Source: Azolla caroliniana
Lineage: Eukaryota > Plantae > Polypodiophyta
Assembly (NCBI GenBank): GCA_043228905.1
Contig: JBHGNT010000014.1
Location: 2,108,001 to 2,172,000 of the forward strand
Direction: 5' to 3'
Length of the DNA stretch: 64,000 nt
This document shows positions 47,089 through 61,119 of the stretch, one piece after another. The first letter of the stretch is position 1. The number at the start of each line of letters is the position of its first letter. The position numbers were made by a program, and so were the translations under genes. The notes beneath the pieces are model-generated. The model saw nothing but the letters and a program-made list of their open reading frames with translations. It searched no databases and was not told the origin of the DNA.

Positions 47089-49691
47089 TGTTGAGTGAGC
47101 AAGCTCAACTGGATCTGGATTGGTTGAATAAGCAAGAGCTGGATCGGCATCCGGAAGGATGAGCCAGATCGGTATCCGGAAACAACTGGCCGGATTGGGG
47201 AGAGGGATCGGAGAGCCGGATTCGAGTGCGAACCAGAAGCCTAGTAGTAGGCTAGACGACTAGGCGATCATTGTCTCGTAGTTAGTGTCAGTCGCTTGTA
47301 TGAGCATTGAAGTACATAGTACTTCTGTCAGTCCTTTTGAGGACTTGTATAAATAGTGTTGTTTAGCAGGTTGTATGTACAAGTGTTTCTATTATTTTGA
47401 ATCTACATTTATGTTCTGCTCTCTCTGTCTCTCCCGCATATACTCTCTATGTATTAAGCTTCTCCATTAAACCTTCATCTTTTTCTCTATTGCTATCTGG
47501 CTGAGCCGGTTCTGTCTATCGCTTCCGCACGTTAACATTCACATGGTATCAGAGTGCGAGGGTTGAGAACCTCTGCAGCCGACACTTGCTTTCGTACACG
47601 AACCCTAGAACCCGGTAACAACAAACAGAGGAATGGCGAGTTCACTTCCAACAGAGAAGCTCGACCGGGGCAACTACGCGTCTTGGTCATACAAGATGCA
47701 GCAGTACCTGTTGGGGCATGGATATTGGAGCTTCATGGAAGGAACGAACGAGGTAGCACCGAAGCCGACACACGAGGACTTCCCGGTATGGGAGCAAGGA
47801 GCGAGCCGAGTATTGTACTGCCTCGTGTCCTATGTGCACGACCAGATGCTCGACTACATAAAGGATGCAAAAACGCCGAAGGAGGCCTAGGGAAATCTTA
47901 GGAAGATTTTCGCCGCGAGTACCACAACCCGTAAGTTGCAGCTCCGACAAGAGTTGAACAACATCCAGCAAAGAGACAAGTCGGTTATGGATTACATCAC
48001 CAAAATAAAGGAGATTTGTGATGCACTCAGGTCCATAAACGTGACAGTGGACAAAGACGAGATGGTATAAATCTTCCTTGGTGGTCTAGCGCAAAGGTAC
48101 GGGCCAATCTGGACAACGATCTACACCCGAGAGAAGCCACCGTCCGTCTTCGACTTGCAGTCAATGCTAATGATCGAAGAAAACCACGCGAGTGGGTCCA
48201 AGACCACTCAATCAAACGGCTGGATGCTGTATATGGAGACAGATCTGCCCCATGGACGTGGTGGACGAGGTGGGTCGGCACACAATGGAGGCGGCCAGCA
48301 AGAGCAAGACCGAAGGCATAGAGGTAGTGCCGACAGCAGTTCCAAACCCTCCACAAGCAAGGGGAGTCAAAGCGGCGCTGGAAGCCGACAAGGAAAAGCC
48401 GACACGGAATGTTGGTACTATGGAAAAAAGGGCCACGAGGAAAGCAAGTGCTGGAAGAAGTGCGCCGATTTGGACAAATCCGGATCCGGCAAGGCCGGTC
48501 GGGAAAATTGGCAAAGCTCACACTATGCAGAAGGATCAAAAGGATCCAGAACCGGGGAGACTGGTAAAGGGCCAGCCTTCGTGATGAAGCACAAGGCTAG
48601 CTCGATGAAGAAGACGACTTCCAAATCGGAGGAAGTATGGTATGTTGATTTTGGAGTGTCCAACCACATGACAAGCCATGAAGAGTTGTTCTCCTTTTTG
48701 GAAAAACCGGAACAAATGGGGATAGTCGAAACCGGAGACGACACCCCTCACCCGATTGAGCATGTCGGAGAAGTCCCTTTAAGCCATGTCAAACAAAAGG
48801 GGAAGCTGATGAACGTACTACACGTTTTGACTATCACAAAGAACCTAGTGTCGGTTGGACAAATCGTCGACCAGGGGATGCAGGTGCGGTTTACGCACCT
48901 CAGGTGCTTCATTGAGGAAGAAGGCCAGATAATCGTGCAAGGGCGTAGGAAAGGGAGGATGTCCATCCTCAACAAAAATGACGTTAGCACTGCCATGTTT
49001 GCCAAAGGACAAAAGATTGAATCAAACATCGATCTCTGGCATAAGCGAATTAGCCATGTCAACTACCAAAGGCTTCAAGACTTGCAATTGAAACAAGTTG
49101 TGTTCAGATTGCCGAAATTCAGTGGCCAGAAGGCCCAAATATGTGAAGCCTGCCAACTCGGGAAGCAACACCAGCTTCCATTCCCCACTGAACAAAATTG
49201 GAGCCATAACAAGCTCGATCTAATACATTCGGATGTATGGGGACCGGCACAGAACGTTAGTCTTGGCAGGAGTCGATACTTCGTCTCCTTCATCGACGAC
49301 TACAGCCAGCACATGTGGATCTACCTCATCGAACAGAAGAGAGAAGTCTTCGAATGTTTCCAAAACTTGCAAAGCTTAGTTGAACGGGAAACGGAGAGGA
49401 AGATCAAGTGCTTGCGGTCGGATGGCGGAAAAGAATACTTTTCTTGCCAATTCAACAATTATCTGCAGCAGAACGGAATTCGGAGAGAATTCAGCTACCG
49501 ATACACACTGGAACAAAATAGTATGGTTGAGAGGAAGAACCGGTCGATTGTCGACGCGGCAAGGGCAATCAATGCTGGAAGAGAAGAGTATGCCCCAATT
49601 CTACTGGGCTAAGGTGGTTCGGACAGTTGTTTACATCCAAAACCGGATTGGAGACAAAGTGTCAACACATGAGCTGTATTTCGTGCGGAAG
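47089..49691 (+). mobile_element. 3'-truncated copia element
   Basis: LTR at 47089-47543, PBS tggtatcagag at 47544-47554, gag KLDRGNYASWS, and protease/integrase ORF 48155-49612 (WYVDFGVSNHMT, LIHSDVWGP, RSDGGKEY). Confidence 0.9.
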
Positions 49692-50149
49692 CACTATTTG
49701 TTCAACATTGGTTTAAGCTTCACCATGCAGATTTATTGTCTCTAGGGTTTAGCTTTAACCGTCATTGGGTTTGGTCTGATGGTGTTGCCTCGTAGTTTAA
49801 GACAACACGATCATTCTACTTTATCGCCAGGTAATTTTTAATCCATTTGTTTAGTACTTATAATGCAATTTCTAAGGAAGTAATTCTTGTGTTAGTGCTC
49901 ATTCTTCACTACTTCTTGTAATTCTCCTACATGTTGGGTTCAAAGTTTACATCTAAATATGGTACTCCCTATTGCGTTTGTACTCCATGTTTTAGTGTTG
50001 TTGCAAGACAAGTGGGTATTCTTCTATCATGTCACCTCCAACTTAGTTCTATTTGCCCTTGTGCATCAATACTATTTAATGTTTTCAACTACATAAAAAA
50101 CTCTTGATAGGCAACACAGTACTATTCAAATGGATGCATGCATACTAAT

Positions 50150-51125
50150 TATGTTTGTAACTATGTTAAGTGTTCTTGATTGATCACATAGTACTATCAT
50201 GTCACATGAAATAGTGTTTATTATCTTTTAATCCATGTAAAGTGTTCTCTATAGACACATTGTACTGTGTTGTGTATTGTATCTGTACTAAATCAGTATT
50301 TATTGAAGGATGTAAAGTACTCGTCTTGTACTCATAGTATTGTTCGTTCTTAAGAGTTTGTACTAATTATCTTTTAATCCATGTTGAGTGTTCTCCATGG
50401 ACACATTGTATTGTACTCAGTGTTGTATCTGTACTAAATTAGTATTGTGTGTTGTATCTGTAATAAATTAGTATTGTGTGTTGTATCTGTACTAAATCAG
50501 TATTTATTGAAGGATGTAAAGTACTCATATTGTACACATAGTCATCTTGTACTCATAGTATTGTCCGTTCTTAAGAGTTTGTATCAATTATCTTTTAATC
50601 CATGTTGAGTGTTCTCCATTGACACATTGTATTGTACTCTGTGTTGTATTTGTACTAAATCAGTATTTATTGAAGGATGTAAAGTACATGTCTTGTACTC
50701 ATAGTATTGTCCTATATTGAAGAGTTTGTACTAATTTTCTTTTAATCCATGTTGAGTGTTCTCCATGGACACATTGTATTGTATTGTGTGTTTTATCTGT
50801 ACTAAATCAATATTAATGGATGTAAAGTACTCGTCGTCAGCAACATAGTACTGTCCTATATTGAAAAGTTTGTACTAATTATCTTTTAATACATGTAGAG
50901 TGTTTTCCATGAACACATTGTACTATGCTTTGTGTTGTATCCGTACTAAATTAGTATTAATGGATGCTAAGTATTGTTGGTTGACAACATAGTACTATTT
51001 ATCTTTTAATTGGTGTAGAGTGTTCTCCATGGATACGTTTTGCTATGCTTTGTTTTGTATTTATACTAAATCAGTATTAATGGATGTATAATACTCTCAA
51101 TTGACAACATAGTACTAATCTTTGT
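50150..51125. repeat. AT-rich degenerate tandem array (about 120-220-bp units)
   Basis: Recurring ttatcttttaatccatgttgagtgttctccatggacacattgta...gtactaaatcagtatt near 50220, 50367, 50588, 50735, 50879 and 50999. Confidence 0.8.
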
Positions 51126-51194
51126 TGGAAACCTGGGATACAATCCTATTCAACATTCGTATGCAATGGAACTAAATCATATGGTAAGAAAAGA

Positions 51195-51830
51195 TTGTTT
51201 GTTGGGGTTCGTGTTGATGAGGTCGATAGAACTAAATCATATGGTTGTAAATCATATTGTGTATTAGGGTTTGGCCGCAAGGACACAACACAATTGTTAC
51301 TCCGTACTTTATCATGCTTTTGTTCCATGTGTATAAATGAAGCTTGGGATGAATGCATCAACTTATCAATCATGGAGCCCTGGAAGCTGCAGAAGTTTGA
51401 GCCTGAACAACAAGATGATATTGAAGAGGATGCACATTCAAACGATATTGTATACTACAACCAACATCAAGACTTGGCAGCTTTATTGGAAGTTGGAGAT
51501 CATTTTGTAGTGCTCAAATCTCCTCAGAATGAAGATTTAGAAGACTACTACATTGTGGTGTGCAAGCAAGGAAAGACATTATCGAAAGAAGTGGTGAGGG
51601 ATGGCTGGGGCAACATGTTCAATGTTGGTGAGTCTCTTGTGTATGGAAACTATTATGCAGAGTTGCCGCAATGCAAGAACACATATGCATTACTAAAAGA
51701 TGCACCCACCGCAATAATCTACGTTGATGTCATTCTTGTGATCAAGTTCAATATGACTCAAGCAAAGCACAAGGTTAAGGGATACAACATTGTCTACAAG
51801 TCCCCCAAGAGGTTCATGAGCACATATTAG
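51195..51830 (+). pseudogene. Probable C-terminal part of a DNA transposase (Sola-like SCFCxxC motif)
   Basis: LLLRTLSCFCSMCINEAWDECINL...EPW cysteine cluster followed by an LEVGDHFVV...YYIV beta-rich tail. The family assignment is from memory and no catalytic core is visible. Confidence 0.4.
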
Positions 51831-52767
51831 GGGAGGTCTCTCTATTTAATGCTTGAAAGTTACCCTATTAATACATTGTAGTTGGCAACTGTGATGATTG
51901 ACAAATGAATCGATATATTTTGTCTTTCTTCTAAAGTGTTTAGAGTATTTATTGAGCTTGTTTTGTAAGTGTTCATGGTAATTATAGGGTTGCTTGTTTC
52001 TAGGGTTTAGGGTGTGAAGCCTTCAATACTTAGTAGCATCAATATGGCCCAAACTTATTCAACTATCAATACAGTAGTCTAATCCCTATTGTGTTAAGTC
52101 TCTATTCAACTCTGACTATGTGCACTCAAGGAGACCATACTTTGCAAGTATCAATATAGCCCAAACTTATTACAATATACATATTAGTTTAGTACTAATG
52201 TCAATTGTAAGTGTTCACTAATACATAGTAGTCTCCCGAAGTATCTCAGTTAGACGGATACATACATCTTATTTTAGTACTAATACGAATGTCAAATGTT
52301 CCCTGCTACACAGACAGAATACATTCATGAAAAATGGACAATAGAATACATTCTCATTCTCTACAATTAGACATGGGGAGAATTTTATTTGTAATCAACA
52401 CAATCATGGTTGTGACAATTGACAATAGAATACATTCTCATTCTCTACAATTAGAAATATAGAATTTCACATTACGCTAACAACACTAAATGAGTGATCT
52501 GGTCTTACGTTGGTATTACAAATAGTTCAAAGTATAGACATCATTAACAGTTTAGTTGTAGTTCAACGCAATCATGGCTGCATGACAATTGACAATAGAA
52601 TACATAGAATTTCACATTATGTTAACAACACTAGATGAGTGAATTGGAGTCAGTACAGCATTTCACATTAGCAATTTAGACATTATTTTGGTATACCAAA
52701 TAGTTCAAGTACAGCATTACAGATCAGCTATAGTTCAAGTACAATAGAAAGACAATCAGGCACCATT

Positions 52768-55700
52768 TCACAATTTCGTCGATCTTATAATGCGCTTGTT
52801 ATTGGTGCCAGTTTTTTGTGTTTTTACATTCTTCTTTATCTTAAAGCCTTTAGGTATCAGCTTACTAAGTGGCACTTCATCATCAGAGGCATCAGAGACA
52901 GGAGTGGATGTACGGGCACCTTGTACCAGTGGCAAGCCTGAGAGAGCAACTGTGTTTTCTGCAACTGCAATGCTTGTACACACATCCACAAAGGTATTGT
53001 TGATAGTCAAATTATCACTCATCTTGTTCTCCACATGTTGTTGCTCCTGTATGTGAGCTATAGTAGTACTCATGGTGAACTCCTCTTGGCTGGTGATAGT
53101 CACCTGATTCTTAAGACCACTATGTTCCCCTCCTTGGTTGGTATTGGTGATGCTAGTATCCTCATTCTTAGTACAATCAGACTCATGTATGTGGGTTGTG
53201 GCAGTACTCATGGTCAACTCCTCTTGTACGGTGGTTGTCACCTCATTCTTAAGACAATTGTGCTCCCCTTCTTGGGTGATCTTTATTGTCTGGTCCTCAT
53301 GGGTGATGCTAGTATGCTCGTTCTCAGTACAATCAGGCTCCTCTTCAGTACCAACGATATTCTTTCCACACTCCTCATGGGCTTCTATAGACACTACTAG
53401 CACATTCTTAGTACAATTAGGTGCCTCTTCAGTACTAGCGATATTCTTTCCACACTCATCATGGGCTTCTATAGACACTACTAGCACATTCTCAATACAA
53501 TCAGGCTCCTCTTCAGTACTAGTGATATTCTTTCCACACTCCTCATGGGCTTCTTTAGACAAATTGTTGTTTGTACATGCCAACTGCTCTTCAAATATGA
53601 ATGCTTCCGTCTTTTCACAGTCCTCATGTGTGGAATATGTGCTTCTAGAGTCTACCTCCATGCAAAGGTTAATCCCACAATCTGACTCTGCACTTGTCTC
53701 CATATAGTTCCCGATTCGTTTGATTGCAGTTGGGAATCGGACTGCTCTTGTAAACCTAAATAATGGGATCCTAGAGAATATTAGTATCAACTCACATACT
53801 CAAAAGTTTGCAAACATACCAGCAACAATGAACATAGGGTTAATAGCCACATTTTTACCTATTGTTACATCGTCATACTGTACAACCGTAGACACCCCAT
53901 TGCAAGTGGTAGGCTCAGTCATCTTCTCCACAACATCTAAGTGTTTATCAGATTTAGGGATGGTGACAATCGCAGGTTGGAGCTCATTGTCAAGAGAAGA
54001 TTTCATAATAGTATCTATAGAATGCACCAAAAGCACCACTATAATAGGGTTGTTATGATCTAAATCATTGTGTTCCTAGAGGGCTTTTCACGTGTACCTG
54101 GGAGTGTGATAAATTCGTCTTCATGATCAGGTTTTGGACTCGTATCTCCCTCACCAAAGATCATTTCGTCATCAGCTAGTAACACAAGTACATGGTATTA
54201 GACAATGCATTAGTTTGACAACTCTCCAGACAAGTGAGAACATATATGACTCACCATTGCATTCAACTCTGCCTTTCTTGCCCTTTCCATACAACTTTCT
54301 TGCAGCATTCCTCTTCTTAGTGGGCTCTTTTTTAAAGACATTAGGCATTCAACATACACACAAATGAGAAATAAGATATGCTAACTCAATTTTTGGTACC
54401 TGGATTGTTGTGATGTTGACCGAAGCTTGGGGAATTTGGTTGTAGAAGCATATGTTCCACTGCTCCAATGGCTCTTCTCATACATTCATCTTCATCATAA
54501 AACTCATACATTATTGGTAATGAAGGTCCCTGAACCTTGGAATGTGTAGTAGATACTGAGGGTTTAGGCACAGGAGTTGGTTGTTCCATTACCTTCCCTG
54601 GTGTGGAGTTCCTTGACACTACAACATTCATTGCAAGAAACAAAAAAACCTTCAACGTTAGTACCGTGATATAAAAAATACAATGTCGGTCACAAGAGCC
54701 GCATTACTAAATCATTAGGCTACATCTAGTTCCCATATTACACAACTAGTACTAATCGTGAACAATGTATTACTCACTTAGTTCCCAAATTACAAAACTA
54801 GTACTAATAGTGAACAATGTACTACTCACTTAGTTCCCAAATTACACAACTAGTACTAATCATCAACAATGTACTACAAGTATAGTGTGTACTAACACTA
54901 GTACTAGGCACATTGTAATATAGATTGGACTAACATCTAATCCAACAAATACATCTAAACAACTTCCTACTTTAGTACTAAAGTGGTATTTTGCACACAA
55001 GTAATACTAAACGTGATATGTGTTCTACACACCTAATTCCAAAATTACACAAATAGTATTAATCTTCAACAATTTATTACACACTTTGTTACCAAATTAC
55101 ATAACTAGTACTAATCGTGAACAATGTACTACACAACTAATTCCCAAATTACAGAAATAGTACTAATAGTGAACAGTGTACTCCAAGTGAATAACTCCCT
55201 ACTGTAGTACAAAAGTAGTATTTTGCACCCAAGTAATACTAATCGTGATATGTGTTTGACACACCTCATTTCCAAATTACACAAAAAATATTATATCTTC
55301 AACAATTTACTATACACCTTGTTCCCAAATTACATAACTAGTACTGATCATGAACAATGTACTACACAACTAATTCCCAAATTACACAAATAGTACCAAT
55401 AGTGAACAGTGTACTACAATTATAGTGTGTACTAAACTAGTACTAGGCAAGTTGTAATATAGATTGGACGAACAACTTATCCAACAAATACATGTAAACA
55501 GCTTCATTCTTTAGTACTAAAGTGGTATTTTGCATACAAGTAGTACTAATCATGATATTAGTCGTTGGAGCTACACTAGTATTAATCCATTGTTTTCCTA
55601 AATTTGAAGTATGAATTGTGGCGTACACCAGTTCTAATCCAAATGTAAATTGACATCATATAATACAAACAATAGAATAGTAGAGCCACATATCGTACGA

Positions 55701-57032
55701 GTGTACTTTTAAACCCCAAGCATAGTACCATTCAGCAACAACTATAGTTTTACAGTCCATACATGTATTTTCTTTCTCAAAATGATACTTAGCACATAGC
55801 ACATGGTATGTGTGCAAGCACGGTGTAATCACAACATCCATAGCCTCAAGCTTGAATCTGAGGTCACAAAATATACACTTGGCAGATTGCAAACACAAGT
55901 TATAATATATTAGCTAATATGATATTTATACCACAGAAGTAAAAATAAATAACTTTTAAAGCCAATACCGTGATATAGCTATACTAGTAATGGTACTTTC
56001 CATACCACTTGGGTGCTCAATTACAGATGGACACAAAGTTTCAAAACCTTTTTGTTTTAAATCCTACATCAAGCATGCAAGGTTCTCGGAATGTAGCTTT
56101 AAAGCTGACAACTTATTATCTAGTTCGCAATGTGCATTTCTGCAAGTATCAAGGTCTCTCATCTATGATCCTAATTGAGTGCCCATAATGTTCAGCTCTT
56201 TCTTCAACTCCTCTTTCAACACCTCAATTTCTGAATTTTGGATTGTTGATGCAATCCATTCATCTGTAGTCTTTATTGAAGAGAATTGCTTTTCTGCCTG
56301 AATCTCAGCCGATTTAATTGCTTCCAAATAAGCAAGTAGTGCTTGTATTCTTGAGCTCATAGAAGCTATGCAACCGGCCATCATCTGTTCATGCTTTTCG
56401 GTCATTGTGGCCCGTAGTTTTGCAGATTGAACTTGGTGGACAGGTGTCGTAGCCGGAATATCCACATGAGAGGTTGTCAATGACTTCAAGCCAGTGTTGG
56501 TACTAGAGGACCCTCTATAATGTTCTAATCAGTGACGATTAAAATTTTCCCAATCTACGTCGATGCCACCCTGAAGTTCACATGCAAATGAGCGTGCAAA
56601 AATAGTACCCACCTCATTGTTACAGATTTGATTAGTATCATAAACATGTTCATATCTCATCTTCAATAAGTTCACATATTCCTTCTTCAAGCCACTTATG
56701 TGGAATCCTTGCCTTGTATCGGGATGTGGTGACCCCCAGGTTTTTATCAACCACTCTCTCAGCTCTTCAAAAACTTCAAGTCGTACTTGAAGGAAATAAC
56801 ACCATCCGAGAGGTGTGTCTTGAATGATGGAATGGCACATCTTCTTTCTTTGAGTTGATGAGTTCATCATCCTTTCTCTTGTGGGTGTCTTCTTGCTTTC
56901 TTTGATAGGTGTCCTTTTTCTTTCCTTCACTAGTGTCTTCACTTTCTCTTTCACCAATGTCTTCTTTATGGGTGTCCTTCTCGTCATTGTCCTAATCTTC
57001 ACTATTCTTGTTGAAAGAATATGCGTGTACAA
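52768..57032 (-). pseudogene. Multi-exon RING-finger gene with long acidic repeat tail, degraded
   Basis: RING-H2-like CIFC...CLHTYHVLC...CMDC (55656-55898), upstream globular and coiled-coil exons (56163-57032), and a downstream ORF 52768-53790 with 27-aa EAHEECGKNI repeats. Confidence 0.6.
54700..55560. repeat. Intronic ~50-bp AT-rich tandem repeats
   Basis: Recurring gttcccaaattacacaactagtactaatcgtgaacaatgtactac. Confidence 0.8.
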
Positions 57033-57726
57033 GAAGAAAACTCATCAAAATACCATCAACAACCAGCAAATCATCATAGCCAACTCAATCTAAGTTGCAT
57101 GTACAAGCCATTTCAAACACACAAAAACCCTAAACAGTCGGACAAAAACTCATTCATGTCAAACACGCGTACTAATAAAAACAAACAGACATGAAACACA
57201 GAAAACGAAAATATACCAATTGGACATGCAGCATAGAGAATATGAATAATCAAACCCTAAACCGTAAATGCAGCCTAGAGAATACCTGGAGGTTGTACAA
57301 GTTGCAGATGGAACGATGGGTCAAAGGCAGAGGGAGCGAAGGTCAAGACAGAGGTACCACACCGTGTTGATTTCTTCACCTTGGGAGCACACCAAGCTGA
57401 GGAAATCACCTATATGCAAGAGGTTGTTGACGAGGTCATGCAGAGGAGAAAAACGAGCATACACAGAGTTCAGAGAAAGCACATCAACATCAACAACAAC
57501 GAGCATAGAGGGGAAACAGCAATCTCTATGTATACAGAGTTCAAGGATTGTAGGGAAACAACAAAAATCAGGCACAAAAGGAACACAACAAGAATAACGA
57601 GGGGAAACAGCGAATCAAAGGTGGAGTGAGAGAGAGCAAGAGAGAAAGAGAGAAAGAGAGGGATAGGTAATATACATGCAATTGATTTCTAACTTTCTAC
57701 CATTGTCTAACTGACAACTTTGAGAC

Positions 57727-57771
<45 letters not shown>

Positions 57772-58274
57772 ACCAACTAACACGTTTGAAACCTTCTCCA
57801 AGTCTGCTTTCGTACATGTCTACCTAGGAGAATGAAGTTATAGTTAATGTATTAAATACGGCCTTGGGACACTTCAATTGTGACTTATAATACCTTTGTA
57901 CATTCGTATTGAATTTGTTATTTGAATTTGAACCTCATTCAATGGATGATAATCCACTATTTTCTGTAGTAATTGTTTTATTTTCAATTTTTTATGTTTA
58001 TTTTCTTCCTCGATTTAGTACTAAATTTTTGGCCAAAAGTTGGTACACCATAGCATGCTTTACCCATTTTCTACTTGGCAAAAATTACTCTTTCTGTTAA
58101 ACTATCTTCACTCTTCTGACCCCGACTCCAACTCCAACTTCGACTAGTATAATTCGGCTAGTTGACCGGCTAACAGTCCAAAGCCCAATCTTGAAATGCT
58201 GATGCCAATTGCCCGAGACCTTTCTTTAGTGTCTGACCTGATTAGACTGACTTTCCATTACGCCCATCTTGTGT

Positions 58275-58487
58275 TCAGAGCAAAACCGGTTTGTAGGAAT
58301 ACACTTGTGTATATTTTCTCGAGGCTGATTTTCTTGAAAATGCACCATCTTGAACGAACTGATACCTCATATCTATATGCTTTGAGGCATTGTGATGAAC
58401 CTGATTTTTGGATAGAGCGACAACACCTTGACTATGACTATAGACAACTAGAGCCAAGTCAAAGTCGGCTTGTCGAAACGTGCACAC
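58275..58487 (-). pseudogene. Copia RNase H remnant
   Basis: SQGVVALSKNQVHHNASKHIDMRYQFV motif. Confidence 0.7.
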
Positions 58488-58566
58488 TAATTGACCGAGC
58501 CATAAGGCCTATTTGGTCGCGTTGGACGTGGCTACATATTCGGCCTCAATCGTTAATGTGGCAGTG

Positions 58567-61118
58567 TGTTGGGAGACAGGTCCCTCCGGATGGGAAGGGA
58601 GAAGAACAGTGCTAATGAACAAACTCGGCTAAGGCCGAAACCGTATGAGGAGTACACGGCTACCGAGAGCCGGATGACGCAGACCCGGTGAGAACCGGAT
58701 GAGGAGTACCCGGCTATGGAGAACCGGATGGTGCAGACCCGGTGGAGACCGGATGAGGAGTACCCGGCTACGGAGAGCCGGATGGCGCAAACCAAGTGAG
58801 AACCGGATGAGAAGTACCCGGCTACGGAGAGCCGGATGACGCAGACCCGGTGAGAACCGGATGAGGAGTACCCGACTACGGAGAGTCGGATGGTGTAGAC
58901 CCGGTGAGATCCGGATGAGGAGTACCCGGCTACGGAGAGCCGGATGGTGCAGACCCGGTGAGAACCGGATGAAGAGACATATTCGTAAATATGTTTCTGA
59001 GAGTCCATCGAGGCTATATTTGTAAATAGCCGAAAAGTCATATTAGTATAAATATGACTTAGGGCAAACTTTTAGTTGTTGTTGTTGTTGTCATTCTTGT
59101 TTTGCACGAGATTAGAGCGCGTAACAGTGTACAGAGAGAGAGAGAGAGAGAAGGAGGTCGTTGCCTCTGTTGTAACCGCCGCCTGTGGCGAAGATCGTGA
59201 GCACGAGGTCGTTGCCTCCGTGAACTCAATGTTTGTACATTCCAACATAGTGATAGTTTGCAGTTTGTGGGTTGCCGTGGTTTTTCCCTTAGTTTGGGTT
59301 TTCCACGTAAACATCCTGTGTACCTTTTCTCTCCTTTGTGTCGTGAATTTACTTCCCGTTTTCTGTGTATGATCCTAAGCTCGGTTGTGGCCGAGCGTTG
59401 CGTATAGGGAGCGTTTCAGTTCCCGTCAAGTGGTATCAGAGCGAAACGACACAAAAAATGGACGAATCGTTTGGCGGCATGTTCAAGCTCACCGGCTCCA
59501 ATTATTCAGTGTGGAAGTCGAAGATGAGGGACATGCTCGTGGTTAAAGACCTCTGGCTGCCGGTTCAGTTATGGGAGGTGAAGCACATGAAGACAACGGC
59601 GTACATACGGTGCTTCATCGACATGAGCTTGTACAACAACTTCAATGAAGAGAGCAAGGCTCATGAGCTCTGGGAGAAGATCGGCATAATGTTTCAGAAC
59701 AAAAATGTTGTTAATCAGGTGTCGGTATTCCGGAAGCTAGTAAGACTCCGGTACCAAGATGGCTCCAGCATGGCGGAGCACATGAATGCCTTCCAAGGGC
59801 TGATCCACCAGGCAACTTCATTGGAAGTACCTCTCGCAGATGAGGTACTTGCGCTACTCCTGCTCGGTTCCCTCCCGGACAGCTGGGAGACGTTGGTTGT
59901 CACTTTGGGCAACGCCGGGCCGGAAGGAAAGCGGTTATCCCTAGCAAGAGTAAAGTCGAGCTTGCTAGATGAGGAGGCGCGTCGGAAAGATAAAGATACG
60001 AGCTCCGACTCCAAAGCGCTCCTTACCGAATCGGAACGCGGAAGACATAGAAACCGTAGTCCCCAGAACCGGGAGAAGTCGAGGACATGGTCAAAGTCAA
60101 GGGGGAGGCCCACTTGCTTCTATTGCGGCAAGCCGGGACACTTCCAAAAGAACTGTCGGCATTTCCGAAAAGATAAGGAGACCAACGGTACCGATTCGAA
60201 GCAGACCCCGGACCGGAACGGTAAAGACCGGAGGGGGTCGGACCGGAAGGGAACGACGGCAATCGCGGCAAGTGAAGAAGAGTTGATGCTCATCACCGAG
60301 GAGAGTGAGATAAACCTTGCCGGCGACGAGATTACCTGGGTGGTAGACTCCGGAGCGTCGTTCCACCTTACCCCGGACCGGAAATGCTTCTCATCCTACT
60401 CAGCCGGTGATCACGGCTGTGTTCGGATGGGGAATGAAGGTACATGCCGAATTGTCGGCATAGGAGACGTGTGGCTGTCAACACCAACCGGATGCAAGTT
60501 GCTGCTGAAGGATGTCCGACACGTTCCGGAGGTTCGTCTGAACCTGATATCAGCCGGTCGGCTAGATGATGAAGGCTACAGGGGTAGCATCCGGAACGGT
60601 GTCATGAAGTTCAGCAAAGGGAGCCTGATTGTGGCTCGGGCCCAGAAGATCAACACACTATACCTGATGAATGCCCGGTTATGTCTGGAAGAAGTGAACG
60701 TGGCATCCGACACTGCCGGTGAGTTGTGGCACAAGAGACTGTGTCATATGAGCGAGAAGGGGATGAAGAGGCTTGCAGACGACAACCTCATTCCAGTGAA
60801 GAACGTGCACTTGGAGAAGTGCACTGATTGTCTAGCCGGTAAGCAAAACCGGACCTCTTTCCGACCAAGGCCACCGATGAGACGTAATGCACCACTGGAG
60901 TTGGTGCATACGGATGTGTGTCAAGTAGACACGAAGTCACATGCCGGAGCGCAGTACTTCGTGACGTTCATAGATGACCACAGCCGGAAGTTGTGGGCCA
61001 CACCGTTGAAGACGAAGGATCAGGTGTTATCCGTCTTCAAAGAGCTCCACGCGAGAGTTGAAAGAGAAACCGGCCGGAAGCTGAAGGCGGTTCGAGCAGA
61101 TAACGGAGGAGAATATCG
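58567..61118 (+). mobile_element. 3'-truncated copia element of the B family
   Basis: LTR at 58567-59428 with 54-bp tandem units, PBS tggtatcagagc at 59431-59442, and gag-pol near-identical to element B. Confidence 0.92.
59458..61118 (+). CDS. Copia gag-protease-integrase, open frame, truncated after DNGGEY
   Basis: Uninterrupted ORF (track 59365-61167) with CCHC knuckle, DSGAS and HTDVC motifs; lacks a short gag stretch present in element B. Confidence 0.85.
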
Positions 61119-61119
61119 G

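Noticed and set aside
49692-49700. CACTA terminus at the copia truncation point
   Set aside because: No matching inverted end with a 3-bp TSD was found downstream; a 5-mer match is expected by chance.
57120-57265. aaaccctaa telomere-like motifs
   Set aside because: These are isolated single copies (telo-box-like), not an interstitial telomeric array.
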